NCBI GenBank assembly: GCA_001655205.1
Contig: LPNZ01011251.1
Location: 1-35,647, forward strand
From: Lenisia limosa
Taxonomy: Eukaryota > Protista > Breviatea
DNA: 35,647 nt
Reading direction: 5' to 3'
Shown: piece after piece, positions 1 to 12,700 of the stretch
Position numbering within the stretch: the stretch's first letter is position 1
Layout of the letters: each line of letters opens with the position of its first letter
Notes under the pieces: generated by a model
Database searches by the model: none
Told to the model about the DNA's origin: nothing
Seen by the model: only the letters and a program-made list of their open reading frames with translations
Program-made: the position numbers and the translations under genes

Positions 1-3000
1 ATGATTTTGGGTATCTGACTAAAGCCGTCAATAAGCGTCACACCCACCTGGTCACCCAGGAACTCGGCAAGTCGCTTGGCAGTGGTGATAGATGTGGATT
101 TCTGATCACCATAAGAGGCGAGTGTGTTGGACATGTTGCGCTCTTCACTGGAACGTCATCGCAAATTCGAAGTAAAAAATAAGGAAATGAGGACGACCAA
201 TACATACACGAGTAAATGGAACACCTCATCATCCTCAAGCTCTTCACCCTTTGAGAACAAATGGTCAAGCCAGTGATTGGCCACTTTGCCAACCTGTGTA
301 GTTACAACGAGGATAATTAAGAAACTTAAAACTGTGGGTTATTATAAATACTCCATGGTGAAATAGAGCAACTATCTCCTCTTCCCACGGCGGCGTATAC
401 TTCCTCTAAAGTCTTGCCTTCAAGGAAGGCTCCAAACACCTAAGGTCGTAATCGTTGAATAACAGGATTAAGGAGCAAGTGGAGCATGTGCCTACCTGCC
501 CTTGGAAAATTTTGATCAAACGCAGCTCGCCTCTTCTCTTGATTTCAAATCCCTGAATGGTGACACTTGAAACATGATTACTAATCAACACAAAGCAAAA
601 GGGCACTCAATAAACTGATACATCATTACGAACCTTTAGCTCTGCCAGAGTGTTGTCGGGGTTGAAGACTGCGTATCTACGGGGGTCAATGGAAACACAT
701 TCATTTACGAAGTCGGTTATTCATATACATCCACCAAGCTAGCTTTAGATGAGCTAACCTTTTCTTGAGTTTCTTTCCTTCCTCTAAGGCAGCAGGCAGG
801 ATCATGGCTTTGTAGGGACCATCAACTTCAAATTCTATGGAGTTTTCACTGAAGAGTTAAGCATGTTAGAACCCTGTGATTGCTGTCAGCATCCCTATCC
901 TCCTACGAGTGTTTATCGTAGCTTCGAAGGGGCAACTTGTCCTTATCAAGAGTCTGGTATTGGTGGTTTGTGAATTCTGAAATGTGAACAAAGACTCTCA
1001 GCAAAAAATAGAAAAAAACAAGAGAGGGGGGGGGGGGGGANNNNNNNNNNNNNNNNNNNNNNNNNNNNNNNNNNNNNNNNNNNNNNNNNNNNNTATTCAA
1101 CAAAATAGTTTCAAGTGAATGTTTTTTCGTGAAAATCTTCCTTAATCGTTTTCTTTCAATTGCAATTGCCACAACAAATTTCCCAAAAATAAAGCAATAC
1201 TCTGAGAAATAGTTCCTTATTAGAATATGAAATATCATAGACTTAACCTGAGCCACATCACTTGGTTTCAAAATCAAAAAGAGCCCATCATTTGCCCACT
1301 TTCGTAGACTTCTTTGTTCAAAACAACACAGGGGTAGGACATTCGGTAAACGGGCTTGTTTGGGTTTCTGAACAAAATTAATATAAATCCATGATTGTGG
1401 ATGAAGGATGAAGCCACCCCCCCCCCCCNNNNNNNNNNNNNNNNNNNAACGCACCAAACACCGTCAGTATCCAGCTCTAATGGAGCTCCAATCTGCCTCA
1501 CAAGGTTGGTGGCTCCCATGATAATTGAAGCTCCGGTAGCACAAACTGAAGGTCAGTTTCAAGTAAAGAAGTATCAGCTTTGATTCATTGCTCACAATTC
1601 CAAGATCTTTGGTTATATACCACTCACCAATGCCAGCCATCGTCATTGAGTACCATCTCGAGCCCTTTCGCATCACATATCCGTAAAAGGAGTTGAGGAT
1701 ACACTTGTGGGCCAACTGCAAGGACTCGTACAGGATACACATGTCTTCGGCTTCCTGGATCAGATCTACATCGCCTTCCTTGAATGTAAGGGAATATCAT
1801 ATTTCATGCTATGCACAGCAAAAAAAATACTTTATCAAAGAAAAACACTAATTTCTTACCTTTAAACGTTCCTCTTGCTTCTTTTTCCACTTCTTCAAGT
1901 CACGCTTATATTTGTATCTGAAGAGGTTTGAACAACAAATACTTTCATAACATCCTTTCAAAAACATGGAGACGGGGGGCCTAATCGTTTGGATAGTACT
2001 ATATGTAATACATACAAACCTTCTATCTCTGAAGCTCAGAACAGTGTCAACATAGAAGGAGTTTTCCCTCTGACAGACAATGTCCGTTTTTGTCAAGACC
2101 TCCTTCTTTTTGATCATCTTATAGGCTTTCCTAGGAAATAAGAATCTGAGAGAATACATGGAGAAAGGAGGATTAAAGTTTGAAAACTGTCTAGGCTGTT
2201 ATATAGTTCCCAAAATGACATACTAAAAACATATCAATCATATCATATGATATGATATGATATGTTGACAAAGTAAGAAAAGTAATTAATTACTGTGCAT
2301 GTATGTACGCAGAGAATCCTCACCTGCAGTATTCCTTCATTCTAGTCGAAATCTCAATGAACTGCCTTTCCTTATCCAATTCATCAAAGGACACCTTTTT
2401 CTGCTCTCCATCCTTGTCTACAGTTGTAAAACCTCCATCAAGTTGAAATAGACTGTTATAATATTGAGTATTTCTGGCGCAACAAAGCAGAAAGCAAGAA
2501 ACAACGCACATTTGTTTTTGACAACGAACTTCTCCGTTTTGAGCTGGTTCTTGACCAGGCGGTACTCAGCCTTGGATGCGGGGTAGAACTCGCCCCTCCA
2601 ATGCCATTCCATTGGGCGCTTACTGTGGGGGGGGGGGGNNNNNNNNNNNNNNNNNNNNNNNNNNNNNNNNNNNNNNNNNNNNNNNNNNNNNNNNNNNNNN
2701 NNNNNNNNNNNNNNNNNNNNNNNNNNNNNNNNNNNNNNNNNNNNNNNNNNAATACGAAATAAAAGAGAAAGAAATAGCATCCAACCAGTCATTCTTTGGG
2801 TCATTGTAGTCGCAGCGAGAACAGGTCTTCTCTTCAACAATGGCTGAGGGTTGCAGTCTGGGGTGTTAATAGACGGTGAATCTAAAACTGAATAGAACTC
2901 CATCACTTTATTTCGTGAAATGGTTTGCAATTAAAATGGAGCGTATTAAAAAAAAAAAACCCCAAGCCTTCCAGCTATTATATCACCAAGACCCAAGACA

Positions 3001-6000
3001 CCCAACCTATTGGTGAGGATGATGTTGGGGTACATAGCTGACACATCAAGATGGTAGATCATTGGGTTCTCTTTTCTCATTGGATTGTCCCTGGAAGGTC
3101 AAATCAAAGCACTGAAGACGACCACTTCAATTTTATGTCTATTACCCATGTAAGAGTTGGGTAATGACAATTAAAGGCCTCAAGTACCGTTGATCCTCAA
3201 GGCGTCCAATGATATCGTTTCTGATCTCCTCCAAATTGGAAATGTCTGAAAAGTAAATGAAATAAAAAAAACAAGAAAACCTTGATATATTCTTCAGTTA
3301 TCCTACCTTCGATTTTGAGATTAGCTTCATGGACTAATCCGAACTTGAGAGTTTCATCAATAGTGTCTAAGTCGGTCAATAATCATAATTAAAAATACTG
3401 CATCAAATGAACAGATAACAAACCAATGAGCCTTTGGTGCGCAGTGGGGTCCAACTTGAAGCGATGGGGAATATCGGATCTGTATACTCCTGACTCAATC
3501 GCCTAAAATTAAGAATAATAAGAAGAAGATAACACTTGACAACAAGATGCATACTTCCACATGTCCTCCAATGTAGGTCTCGGTCTCAAGTAAATGATCT
3601 TTGTAGAACCGGTTGAAGTCGGTTTGCTAAACAATCAAAAGGAACGGTTTTCTTGTGAAAACGAACAGACCAGCAACTCCCCCCCCCCCCTACTTGCTTA
3701 TTGGGGTAGATAATGCCAGCAACGGTGGCTTGTACACAGAGAAGAGCCTGGGGTAATAAGCATGAATCAAGCTCAAAAATGTTTCCTAAGACTCACATAA
3801 CCAACGGTTGTACATACCTCACAAAGAGAGCCGGTACCCTTTCTCAGGACCTCGTGGGGGTTGTAGGGGATGATATTGCAGAGGGAGAAGATGAAAGGGT
3901 GGACGTATTTCATGTAGAGGTAATACGTTGCCACAGCGTCTGANNNNNNNNNNNNNNNNNNNNNNNNNNNNNNNNNNNNNNNNNNNNNNNNNNNNNNNNN
4001 NNNNNNNNNNNNNNNNNNNNNNNNNNNNNNNNNNNNNNNNNNNNNNNNNNNNNNNAAAAAAGTTGCCTCAGTAGAAACAAGAAATAATACTCTTCTAACA
4101 GTTCAAAAATGAACGAGGAATTCAGAGGAAATGACAATGTAAAATGGTGACCAATCATACACAAGGGTCCTCTGCTGCAAGCGGGGTCATATCCTCAGGG
4201 TCAAGCTCAATAGGGTCGTAGCCAAGCTTAGCCTTCGTAACAGCTTTCAGACCTGATGATGGTGAAACTTGACAAGAAGATCTGTTGTTTCTTATGAAAA
4301 TTTGAAATTTGAATTTTGAGTTTCACTATAATCCTTCGGTCTTGATGGGAGCAAAGGTAAGGCTTAGTGATTGCTTTATTTCCTATTCACACCTTGAGAT
4401 CCAACAGGAAGGTAAGAGTCGCGCTTCACCCATCGGAAACAATCCAAATGCATCGCCATGTGACTCTCATACTCATCACTGTTGTTCTGAAAGGGTAAGT
4501 ACAATAAGGCTACGCTTGAAGATGGTGTTATAGAAATCTTGGCTAACCTTTTCAAAGCCTATTTCTTCATACATACTCATCCCGTGGATGGCAGCACGAC
4601 GTTCAACAAAAGGCCAATCAAAAGAGTCTCCATTATACGTAACAAACACAATGGGCTTCTCCTCCTAAGACTGTTAAAATCAAACAATATACAGGAAGCC
4701 TTCCCAAACCCCCTCACAATGACATGGTCAAAGAACCTTTTGATCGTTGATGCCTCGTTCTCTTCATTGAAAATAATGAAAGGCCCAGGGAATTCAGGCT
4801 GAAAAGTAAAACAAAAATGGAATCTAAGAGCTGATTTGTGTGTGAATAAATTGATCCTTCCTCTTACCTTCGGGGTGTACTCAAAATCTTCAACATCATC
4901 AGAACAAATCTGAAGTATAAATTTTTAAACTAGCAAATTTGGGGCTGCAACAAAAAAACGCTTATGAACTACCCTTTGCAAACCTCTCGGTTGACGATGA
5001 GGAAGCCCTGCCTGTCAATCATATACGAAATCATCATGATCATGTCAGACTCCGCATCCGGAAACTTCAGTGGTTGCTTCGACGTCTCAATATCGTAGGC
5101 GAGAACCTGGGAGGAGGGGGGAGTAAATGTGGGTAAAACGAAGTAAAACGAAGGAAGTAAAATTGGAAAATTGATGAAACAAAGAAAAAGGAGACGGGGG
5201 AGAGTAAAACTGTAATAATATAAAGGATAAAGTTGACTTCTGCAGTTTTGCCCATACCTTTGGCTTCTCACGATTTGCGATATCTCTCTTAACAACAACG
5301 CTGTTACCTCCTGACTGGAATACATCGTACCAAAGCCCCACACGAATATCTGAAGTAATAAGGAGAAGAAATTTATCCAGAGTACTCGTATTCTTCACAT
5401 ACCGTTGTCAATAGACACGCGAGAGTAGTAGGGCATGTCATATTCACGTATGTCAGTAACATTGTCCAAAGGGTCTGCCAGAACTTTTTCTTGCCTGGAC
5501 GTAAGTTCAATGAAACTAGAAAGAGAATGGATGATACTGTATAAGAGACCAGTCATTGAAATAAAAAAAAACACATTAATGGTCAATGTAGAAGGGTGAT
5601 GGTGTAATTACTGAGTAGCAACAGATGAAGTCAGATGAAGAATAACATACTCAGAAACGGTTTTATACGCTTCCATTGCAGTGTTTCGCTCCTGGAAGGC
5701 CTTCGCTCTCGGCATCAGCTCCTTGCGTACAGCATATAACTCTACATTCATCAGGCAAAACTTACACACAAAAAGAGAAAAGAAACTGTAACCGTATAAA
5801 CACATATGATGGAGTCATAATATATCAAAAAAAAACGGGCTCACTTAGCAAACTTCACCCTGAAAGCTCCTTCTCATAAAACCATTTATTTCAGCACCCT
5901 CAAACCTGCGGTAGTACTAAAGTTGATCCGCACATACTTGGCATCACGTCCACTCAGATGGTTGTCCTGCGTCCATCAGCGGTAACAGGGTCATCACAAA

Positions 6001-7507
6001 TTTTAATTATGATACCTTTGGCAATAATCTGATACCCCATAAAACCCAAATGAAGACAAATATGAAAAAAGTGAGGAAAATGAGCCCATGATGGGGGGGG
6101 GGGGNNNNNNNNNNNNNNNNNNNNNNNNNNNNNNNNNNNNNNNNNNNNNNNNNNNNNNNNNNNNNNNNNNNNNNNNNNNNNNNNNNNNNNNNNNNNNNNN
6201 NNNNNNNNNNNNNNNNNNNNNNNNNNNNNNNNNNNNNNNNNNNNNNNNNNNNNNNNNNNNNNNNNNNNNNNNNNNNNNNNNNNNNNNNNNNNNNNNNNNN
6301 NNNNNNNNNNTTGTTAAAAAACAATCCAATCATAACGCATAGGGCCGTCATACGACCCCCGAGGGGATCAAAGAATGGACAGAGCGCGGACCAGACCAGA
6401 CTGCAGAAAAGAATTTCTACACTAAACCATACATACAGCAAACATTGAAATCGAAACAACAACACAAAAAACAAAACAAAGGGGCACAAGTCAAAAGTTA
6501 CTTCAAAAAATATTAAGCTGAGGGGAATAATAGCACTAGGGCTTTGAAAAAGCTCCCCTAGTTAATCTTTGAACCAAGAAATTGTGACAGACTTGGCGCA
6601 TATTGGGGGGAGGGGTGACAAACCATATCAAGATCCACTTTGTCAACAATTTCAGCCGAAGTGATTGAGTCGTAATTGCGTCTCAAGGCATTCTCAACCT
6701 ATGGAATCAATAACAGTTGAATACAAAATTAACACTGCTTGGCACCCACCTCCTCCTCAGATCCTTCATTGCACCCAACATAGAAATAAGGCTCGTACTT
6801 GAACTGGGCTTTGAATCGGTTTCCATCCTAAAAGTTATTCTGGGGATGGGATGCACAGAACAACCAAAGAACAAAACACTCCGAAAAGAATGAATTATAC
6901 TAAAGAAGTTTGGTGAGAGTAAATGTGAAAGACCCACACACTGCCTGTAGGAAATAGAGGTCCACAGCTTGTTTGTCTTTGGCTTCTTCCTCAGCGTCAG
7001 CTTTAATCAGAGTCTAAGTTATGTTAATTATTGAACCTTGTACACTCATAATTAAAAATCTCATTACCACATAATTCTCCTCCACATACTTCATTCATGT
7101 TGACCAGCCAGCCTAGTCGCGTTTCATCCGTGTCATGGTGCTCAAAGCCGTACCTAACACAATAAATTACAAAATTTTTAATCTCATAATTTCCATCTAA
7201 ACTGCTAAATCTTAATCAAATTATCTTTTGCGGGTTTTTTTTTTTTTTTTTTTTTTNNNNNNNNNNNNNNNNNNNNNNNNNNNNNNNNNNNNNNNNNNNN
7301 NNNNNNNNAGTTCAAGTTGCTTATCGACACGCCGTCTTTCTTCCGCCTCCTTTTCCTTGATCTCAACAAAACTAATGTCTCCAACTCCTAGAAAGGTGAG
7401 AAGGGGAGCTACTTGAGAAAGCACTAGAAAAAGGCGCCTGAATTACCTAGAACTCCTCCTGCCGATCCAGTCTTCCCTGCAGTGTTTCTCCACACTTTGG
7501 GCGGCAT
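1..7507 (-). CDS. POLE: DNA polymerase epsilon catalytic subunit A, multi-exon, N-terminal part only (3' end lies beyond window start)
   Basis: ATG at 7507 ([12 protein letters not shown]). Spliced exons give [35 protein letters not shown], Exo[19 protein letters not shown], Exo[35 protein letters not shown], motif [22 protein letters not shown], Cys[19 protein letters not shown], motif [20 protein letters not shown], motif [26 protein letters not shown]. All are hallmark Pol2/POLE motifs. Some exon parts fall in N gaps. Confidence 0.98.
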
Positions 7508-7786
7508 TTTGAGACTGAGAAGTGATAACCCTCCTTAGAACATAATAAAAGTAATCAAATAGGATCTTATATCGTATCTAACTGCTGTGATTTATTGATT
7601 TTAATGAAAAAATATGTAATTTCTAGAGCAATTGAGCAACTGGAAGCGAAAAAGAAGAAGGAAGCAACTCCGCCGCCGCCTTTGTCTTGGATAAAAACAG
7701 AAACTCAAAAGCAGCAAAGCAGTGAATAAGTAGTGAATAATAAAATAATACATAAATAATCAAAAAGCTTTTTGTCATCTTGGAAA
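7508..7786. promoter_or_regulatory. Short divergent intergenic region, putative bidirectional promoter
   Basis: 279 bp between the POLE ATG (7507,-) and the inferred ATG at 7787 (+). Inferred from geometry only. Confidence 0.4.
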
Positions 7787-9394
7787 ATGGTAGTTTCTCA
7801 CAATTACATTTCTAGCTGCCTCTTCCTATTTCTATTGGCGATTACAGGGCTAAATAATGGGTTCGTTGTCATGGAAAGTTCTTCTAATAAGAAGATAGAT
7901 ACATTAGATGTCTCCACACTGAAGATTGGTGGTGTTGATGGTGGGGGCTAAGTACATATCATATCATATTCTATTCTCCATCTTATGATGCGAGTGGTTT
8001 TTTTTCTGTCAACAAATCAACAAAAAAAAATATGGGAGTTTGTACATGTTTTTCACCCTGCAGTGAACACCATCTTCACAACACCTAACGATGTGTCAAC
8101 CATTGTCAGTGGCGAAATCGGCGACCACTGGGCTGACGTCAAGTATGATGCTAGTGAGGGGTTGTGTGTGTTGCCCTTCAATAGTATTTACTGATACTCA
8201 GCACATTTGACGCATTAGTGTTACCTTCACGTTTGGATGTGTCGTTTCGTCTGAAGTCTGGCTTTGCTGGATGGGCACTCGGCAGCAAATGTACAAGTGA
8301 ATTCGTTGAGGTCAGCTTGTCGTATTCACATTTGAAACAAATTGTACTGATGCTTCTTTTCTCTTCATTGCTTCAGACAATTGGTTCGTCAACGACTACT
8401 AGGCCTGCAAGTGGTATGCTCTAATCTAAAGTAAACCACCTTCATTTATGTTTTTGCCTGCACCAATAATTTAGCCACGGAGCTTCTCAACGTAATGAAT
8501 AGAAACACTGTTCACATCTACAGAGACTTTTCGGTTGGATTGAAAGGCTTTGTGGATATATTTTGCTCCAAAAAACTGGATAATAATTAAGTGTAATATT
8601 TAATAATACCTTTCAAAAAAAAACCCTCCCCTGAGGCAGAAAAGCATTCGAGTACCCATAGACTCATAATATGGTGATAAATATGATATATAGTCATTAC
8701 CTTGTTTTTTTTCAAAACCCAAAACTTCCCCAAACTCTTCTTAGGTTTTGGGTTAATCTTTTTACCCATCCCCAGGTCAGACGAGTGAACTGCACGTGTA
8801 CTACTTCCTCCTGTATCATTGGTCCCTACGCGAACATACCACTATTCAACGATAGGTAGGTTCAATGCAAGATAGTGACTGAAATTGTCGCTACAGTTCT
8901 ATGGATTATTTTTTTACCAATGATCGAGATATTAAACACTTATTGATTCAAAAGACAGTATATTTGCAATTAAGTGTAGCCTTTTGATCACTGATTGTAG
9001 AGCAGTTACTGTTGGAGCTTTTGTCAAAATCGTTGAATCTACTCTCACCTCAAACCCAACCGGTTTGCTGAAAAAAACTACACTCTATCGGCATACCATA
9101 TCGTATCATATATCTGAATGTTCTAAACAATAACGATTTTTTTATTATTATTATTTTAAAAACAAAATTCTTTAATTCAGCGTAGTGTATTTGACGAGTG
9201 CCACGACAAACTGGACCCTTGCCACCTACCGCTACGCTGCAACAACGTCCAAAGGCGGCTACACGTACTGTCATCCCTATATGGGAGAAGGCAACGTATA
9301 TGGCGATGCCCTTTTGAATACTTTGTACTGCCATCTCTACTTTGATCCAAGATCACCCATTAGATCGTCTTTGACGTTGCTTTACCAGCTGTGA
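7787..9394 (+). CDS. Hypothetical secreted protein, multi-exon
   Basis: MVVSHNYISSCLFLFLLAITGLNNG is signal-peptide-like. GT-AG exons give VNTIFTTPNDVSTIVSGEIGDHWADVKYDA, MLPSRLDVSFRLKSGFAGWALGSKCTSEFVE, VRRVNCTCTTSSCIIGPYANIPLFND and a last exon ending HLYFDPRSPIRSSLTLLYQL* (TGA 9392-9394). Phases of the central and late exons are unresolved. No family recognised. Confidence 0.55.
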
Positions 9395-9755
9395 TGTTTG
9401 GCGAAGTGGACACATCCAATCCTTTGAACTGGTGGCACGTTCCAGTTGCTGACTTTGTTGGTGCCATTGAGTAATGTCGTTTTATTGTTATAATTATGGC
9501 ATATTTGAGAGTATGTATTTGTTATCATATGCTTATGTTATTCTCAACCTGTTGTAAATATTTGATCGGATGTAAGAGTATTATTCTATATGGATATTAT
9601 ATACTAGATGATAACATTGGTATAACTATATCATACCTTCTTTCATTTCCGAATAACCTAAGAAAAGCTGAAATAGAAGTGCATTTCTAGTCATCAAAAA
9701 AGTATGAACACACTATTGGATATATACCTAAGTTGAGACACTAGAAATTTTGGAA

Positions 9756-12700
9756 TTAAATTGGCATTTCATTTGTGGGCTCAGCTGGAGGTGTTGCTGC
9801 AGTCCTCCTACGGTTTCGAAGAAGAACAATTCCACCTGAAGATATCATCACAAGAGAAGGAAGAGCGGTCACGTCCTGGATAGACTTACCGAATAAGACA
9901 CCAAGGCCAATACCAGCAGTTCCAAAGGCTGCAATTACTCTGAAAAATATCAGCATTGAGCAACATTGGATTCAGTGTTAAATAGAACTTATTTCGTACC
10001 CGTAATCAACATCGTCGTTGTCATCACTTGCAGCAGTATCTTTGCTGAAGTCTGCATCAAAGCGAGTAGTATCTAAGAATTTTAGTTAATCTCTTGTGTT
10101 TCTACACTAACCTCTATCAATAGTCCTGTGGGAGATGCAGAAACCGTCAAGGCAACTAACGCCAGAAGTGCACCTGACGCAAATGAGAAAAAAAGAACAG
10201 AATAAAAATGTCGGCTGGGTGAATGTTGGGGGTCTCTTTCTTACTTATGAGTAGAGTCGCATTTCTCAGGTAAACTGAACACAATAACTGAATCGTGAAA
10301 TTAACCGAGATAAATTACTCTCATCGAATACGTCGCCAATCTTTGATAAACCCACAAACTTTCATCGAAATTCCTGACAAGAACCTTGGTATAGGAAATA
10401 TCAAGTCCTGAGTAACCAAACTCAAGGTCTCTCCTCTCAAACAGTGGCACACATTCACCTAGAAGTTACCACCAACCAACACTCTTACTAATCTCAGGGT
10501 CACATGTGGGCTCCCCACTCGATTCGTTTGACTCTTCTGAACTCTCACTTGACTCAGGAACAGAGCTTTCTTCTTCGCTTGACTCGGGAACAGAGCTTTC
10601 TTCTTCACTTGACTCAGGAACAGAGCTTTCTTCTTGGCTTAACTCAGGAACAGAGCTTTCTTCTTCAATTGGCTCAATAATCTCTCCATCAATAACATCT
10701 TTTTCAATGCTATCCTTATTGACGAATTGTTTGGGTGGACCTCTAAATCACATTTAGTAACGTGGTTTTCAAATTCTAAATAGGTCAATTTGATGGAAAT
10801 AATAATTGGCTGTACTTTAAATCATTGTACGTATAGACTATCAGATCAAATTCATCTCACCTGGAAGAAGAATCCATTCCACTTGGTGGTTCTGTAACAG
10901 TCAATTACTTGTACTGATTATGTATTTTACAATTGTATTATGTGATTGTATTTTGTGATTTCTCTTCATATTGCATAGAATTGTACTTTTTTATTTCGAT
11001 TCCATTTACCTCACGAGAATGATGATCACAATTTTGATATTTCAATTGGATATAATAACCCAGCTACCGCTCGACTGGGATGGTTCTGAGTCGGAGGGCA
11101 TCATCTTCTCCTTGTAGTAAACTGAAAAGACAGATTCCTCATCTCGAACGTAGAAGTACTTGTCCACAATTTCCCATTCCTTTGCGTCGTTCTTAAAAAA
11201 AATAAACAATGATGGTCCGTTTTTGTGACATTTGATATTATTTGATAAGCTTGCGAACCTTTGCGAGGATGTGGACGAAGCCATCTCCACCAACAACAGC
11301 AACATCTTCAGAAATAGAAACTGATCTATATTTGTTACTTGTTCCACACAAAACTCAGAAACTCACGATCCAAAGTCAATTCCGCCCTTGACAGTCTGGC
11401 ACTCAAAGGCTTCTTCTCTAAAGGAGGTCAAATTGACAAACTAGTTATTTGAGTTGAGGGTCCATTGAATGCCATTATCTATTTCCAATACATTTGGAAT
11501 TTCCGTACCCAATTTTGGTTGTTTCACAAATGAGAACAGAGCGAATGCCTGGAGCAGCCATAATCGCTGATGCAGCACCGTTGTCGTTAGTCCTGAAGGA
11601 GTGACATTGTATGTCATTATCACAAGTTGATATATTTCAGAAGGCTTTCACCGTACCAAAGATCGACGCTTGAACCTAAAATGCTGTCTTCGGGAAGATC
11701 TTCACCAAAGGCCTCGATTTCATTCCAGCCATTTTCATCCTATTTTGTAATCACATACAGTATCACAATAGATAATTCACCTCAGCTAGAAGGTAGACAC
11801 GACTTGTAACGTTGGGGTCGCAGTAAAAGTCATCTGGAAGCGTAATGTTAACTCATTTTCACAAGAATAAAGCTCCACAAACCCATGAGGTCATCTCTCA
11901 TTTCGGTAGTGGCAGGACACAGACGAGATGCAGCAACAAGGATATAACCTATACATTAGTAAACGATGATTGCTAATTGTTGAAAGCAGATAGAATTCAC
12001 ACAACTTAGATGTATGAATTGATACATACCAGGTTGAACATCCAAAATGTCATGCTGAACATCAGCAACTTCCTATAAGTGTAACAAAAAGGTGAGGGAA
12101 CAGAAATTGTAATTATTTGCCAAAATGACAACTTGAAATAGTAGCTCAATTGATGATGCCTCCATACCTCTAAGATGGTAGAAGAAAGTTCGAAAATGAC
12201 TTGTTTCTCACGACCGATGATAAGTGACAGCTCATCGGTCCAATTGCCATCAACAGCTACTTGGGTGAAAATTAGTCATTTGGATTACCTTTAAGAGCGA
12301 GTGATGCGAATGTATCTTCTTCCTGGTCAATGCTAAGTCCAAACTTGCTGTACGTATCAGGGTGTCCATTCTAGCCATGTAAATGTATCGCTACTTTGAA
12401 AGAACATGTTTTCGTGGTACCAACCTCAATGACAAGATGGTTCGTCCAAGTGTCATTAAGCTTTTGCAGTTCTAAGACCTAACAGATAAAGGGAACATCA
12501 AAAGACAATTGATATGATATGTACACCAACTTGCTATTTTGGTGAACACTCCGACCTTTCCTTCGTAATCATCAGTGTAAGGAATGGAAATAAGCGCAAA
12601 ATCGCAGAGTCCCGAGTGGCAGGAGTAGAAGTCAACATCAGCGCCAAATGATTCAAATGCATACGAGGCTTCAATAACAGAAACCCATTCTAAATGAGTG

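Noticed and set aside
6940-6960. Possible GC-AG intron in POLE (CAG|gcagtg)
   Set aside because: Using the GT donor three bases later gives LQADGNRFK, matching the conserved xQxDGxxFK spacing.
10506-10757. Plus-strand Ser-rich ORF (DSGTELSSSL repeats)
   Set aside because: It is the antisense shadow of the minus-strand coding minisatellite.
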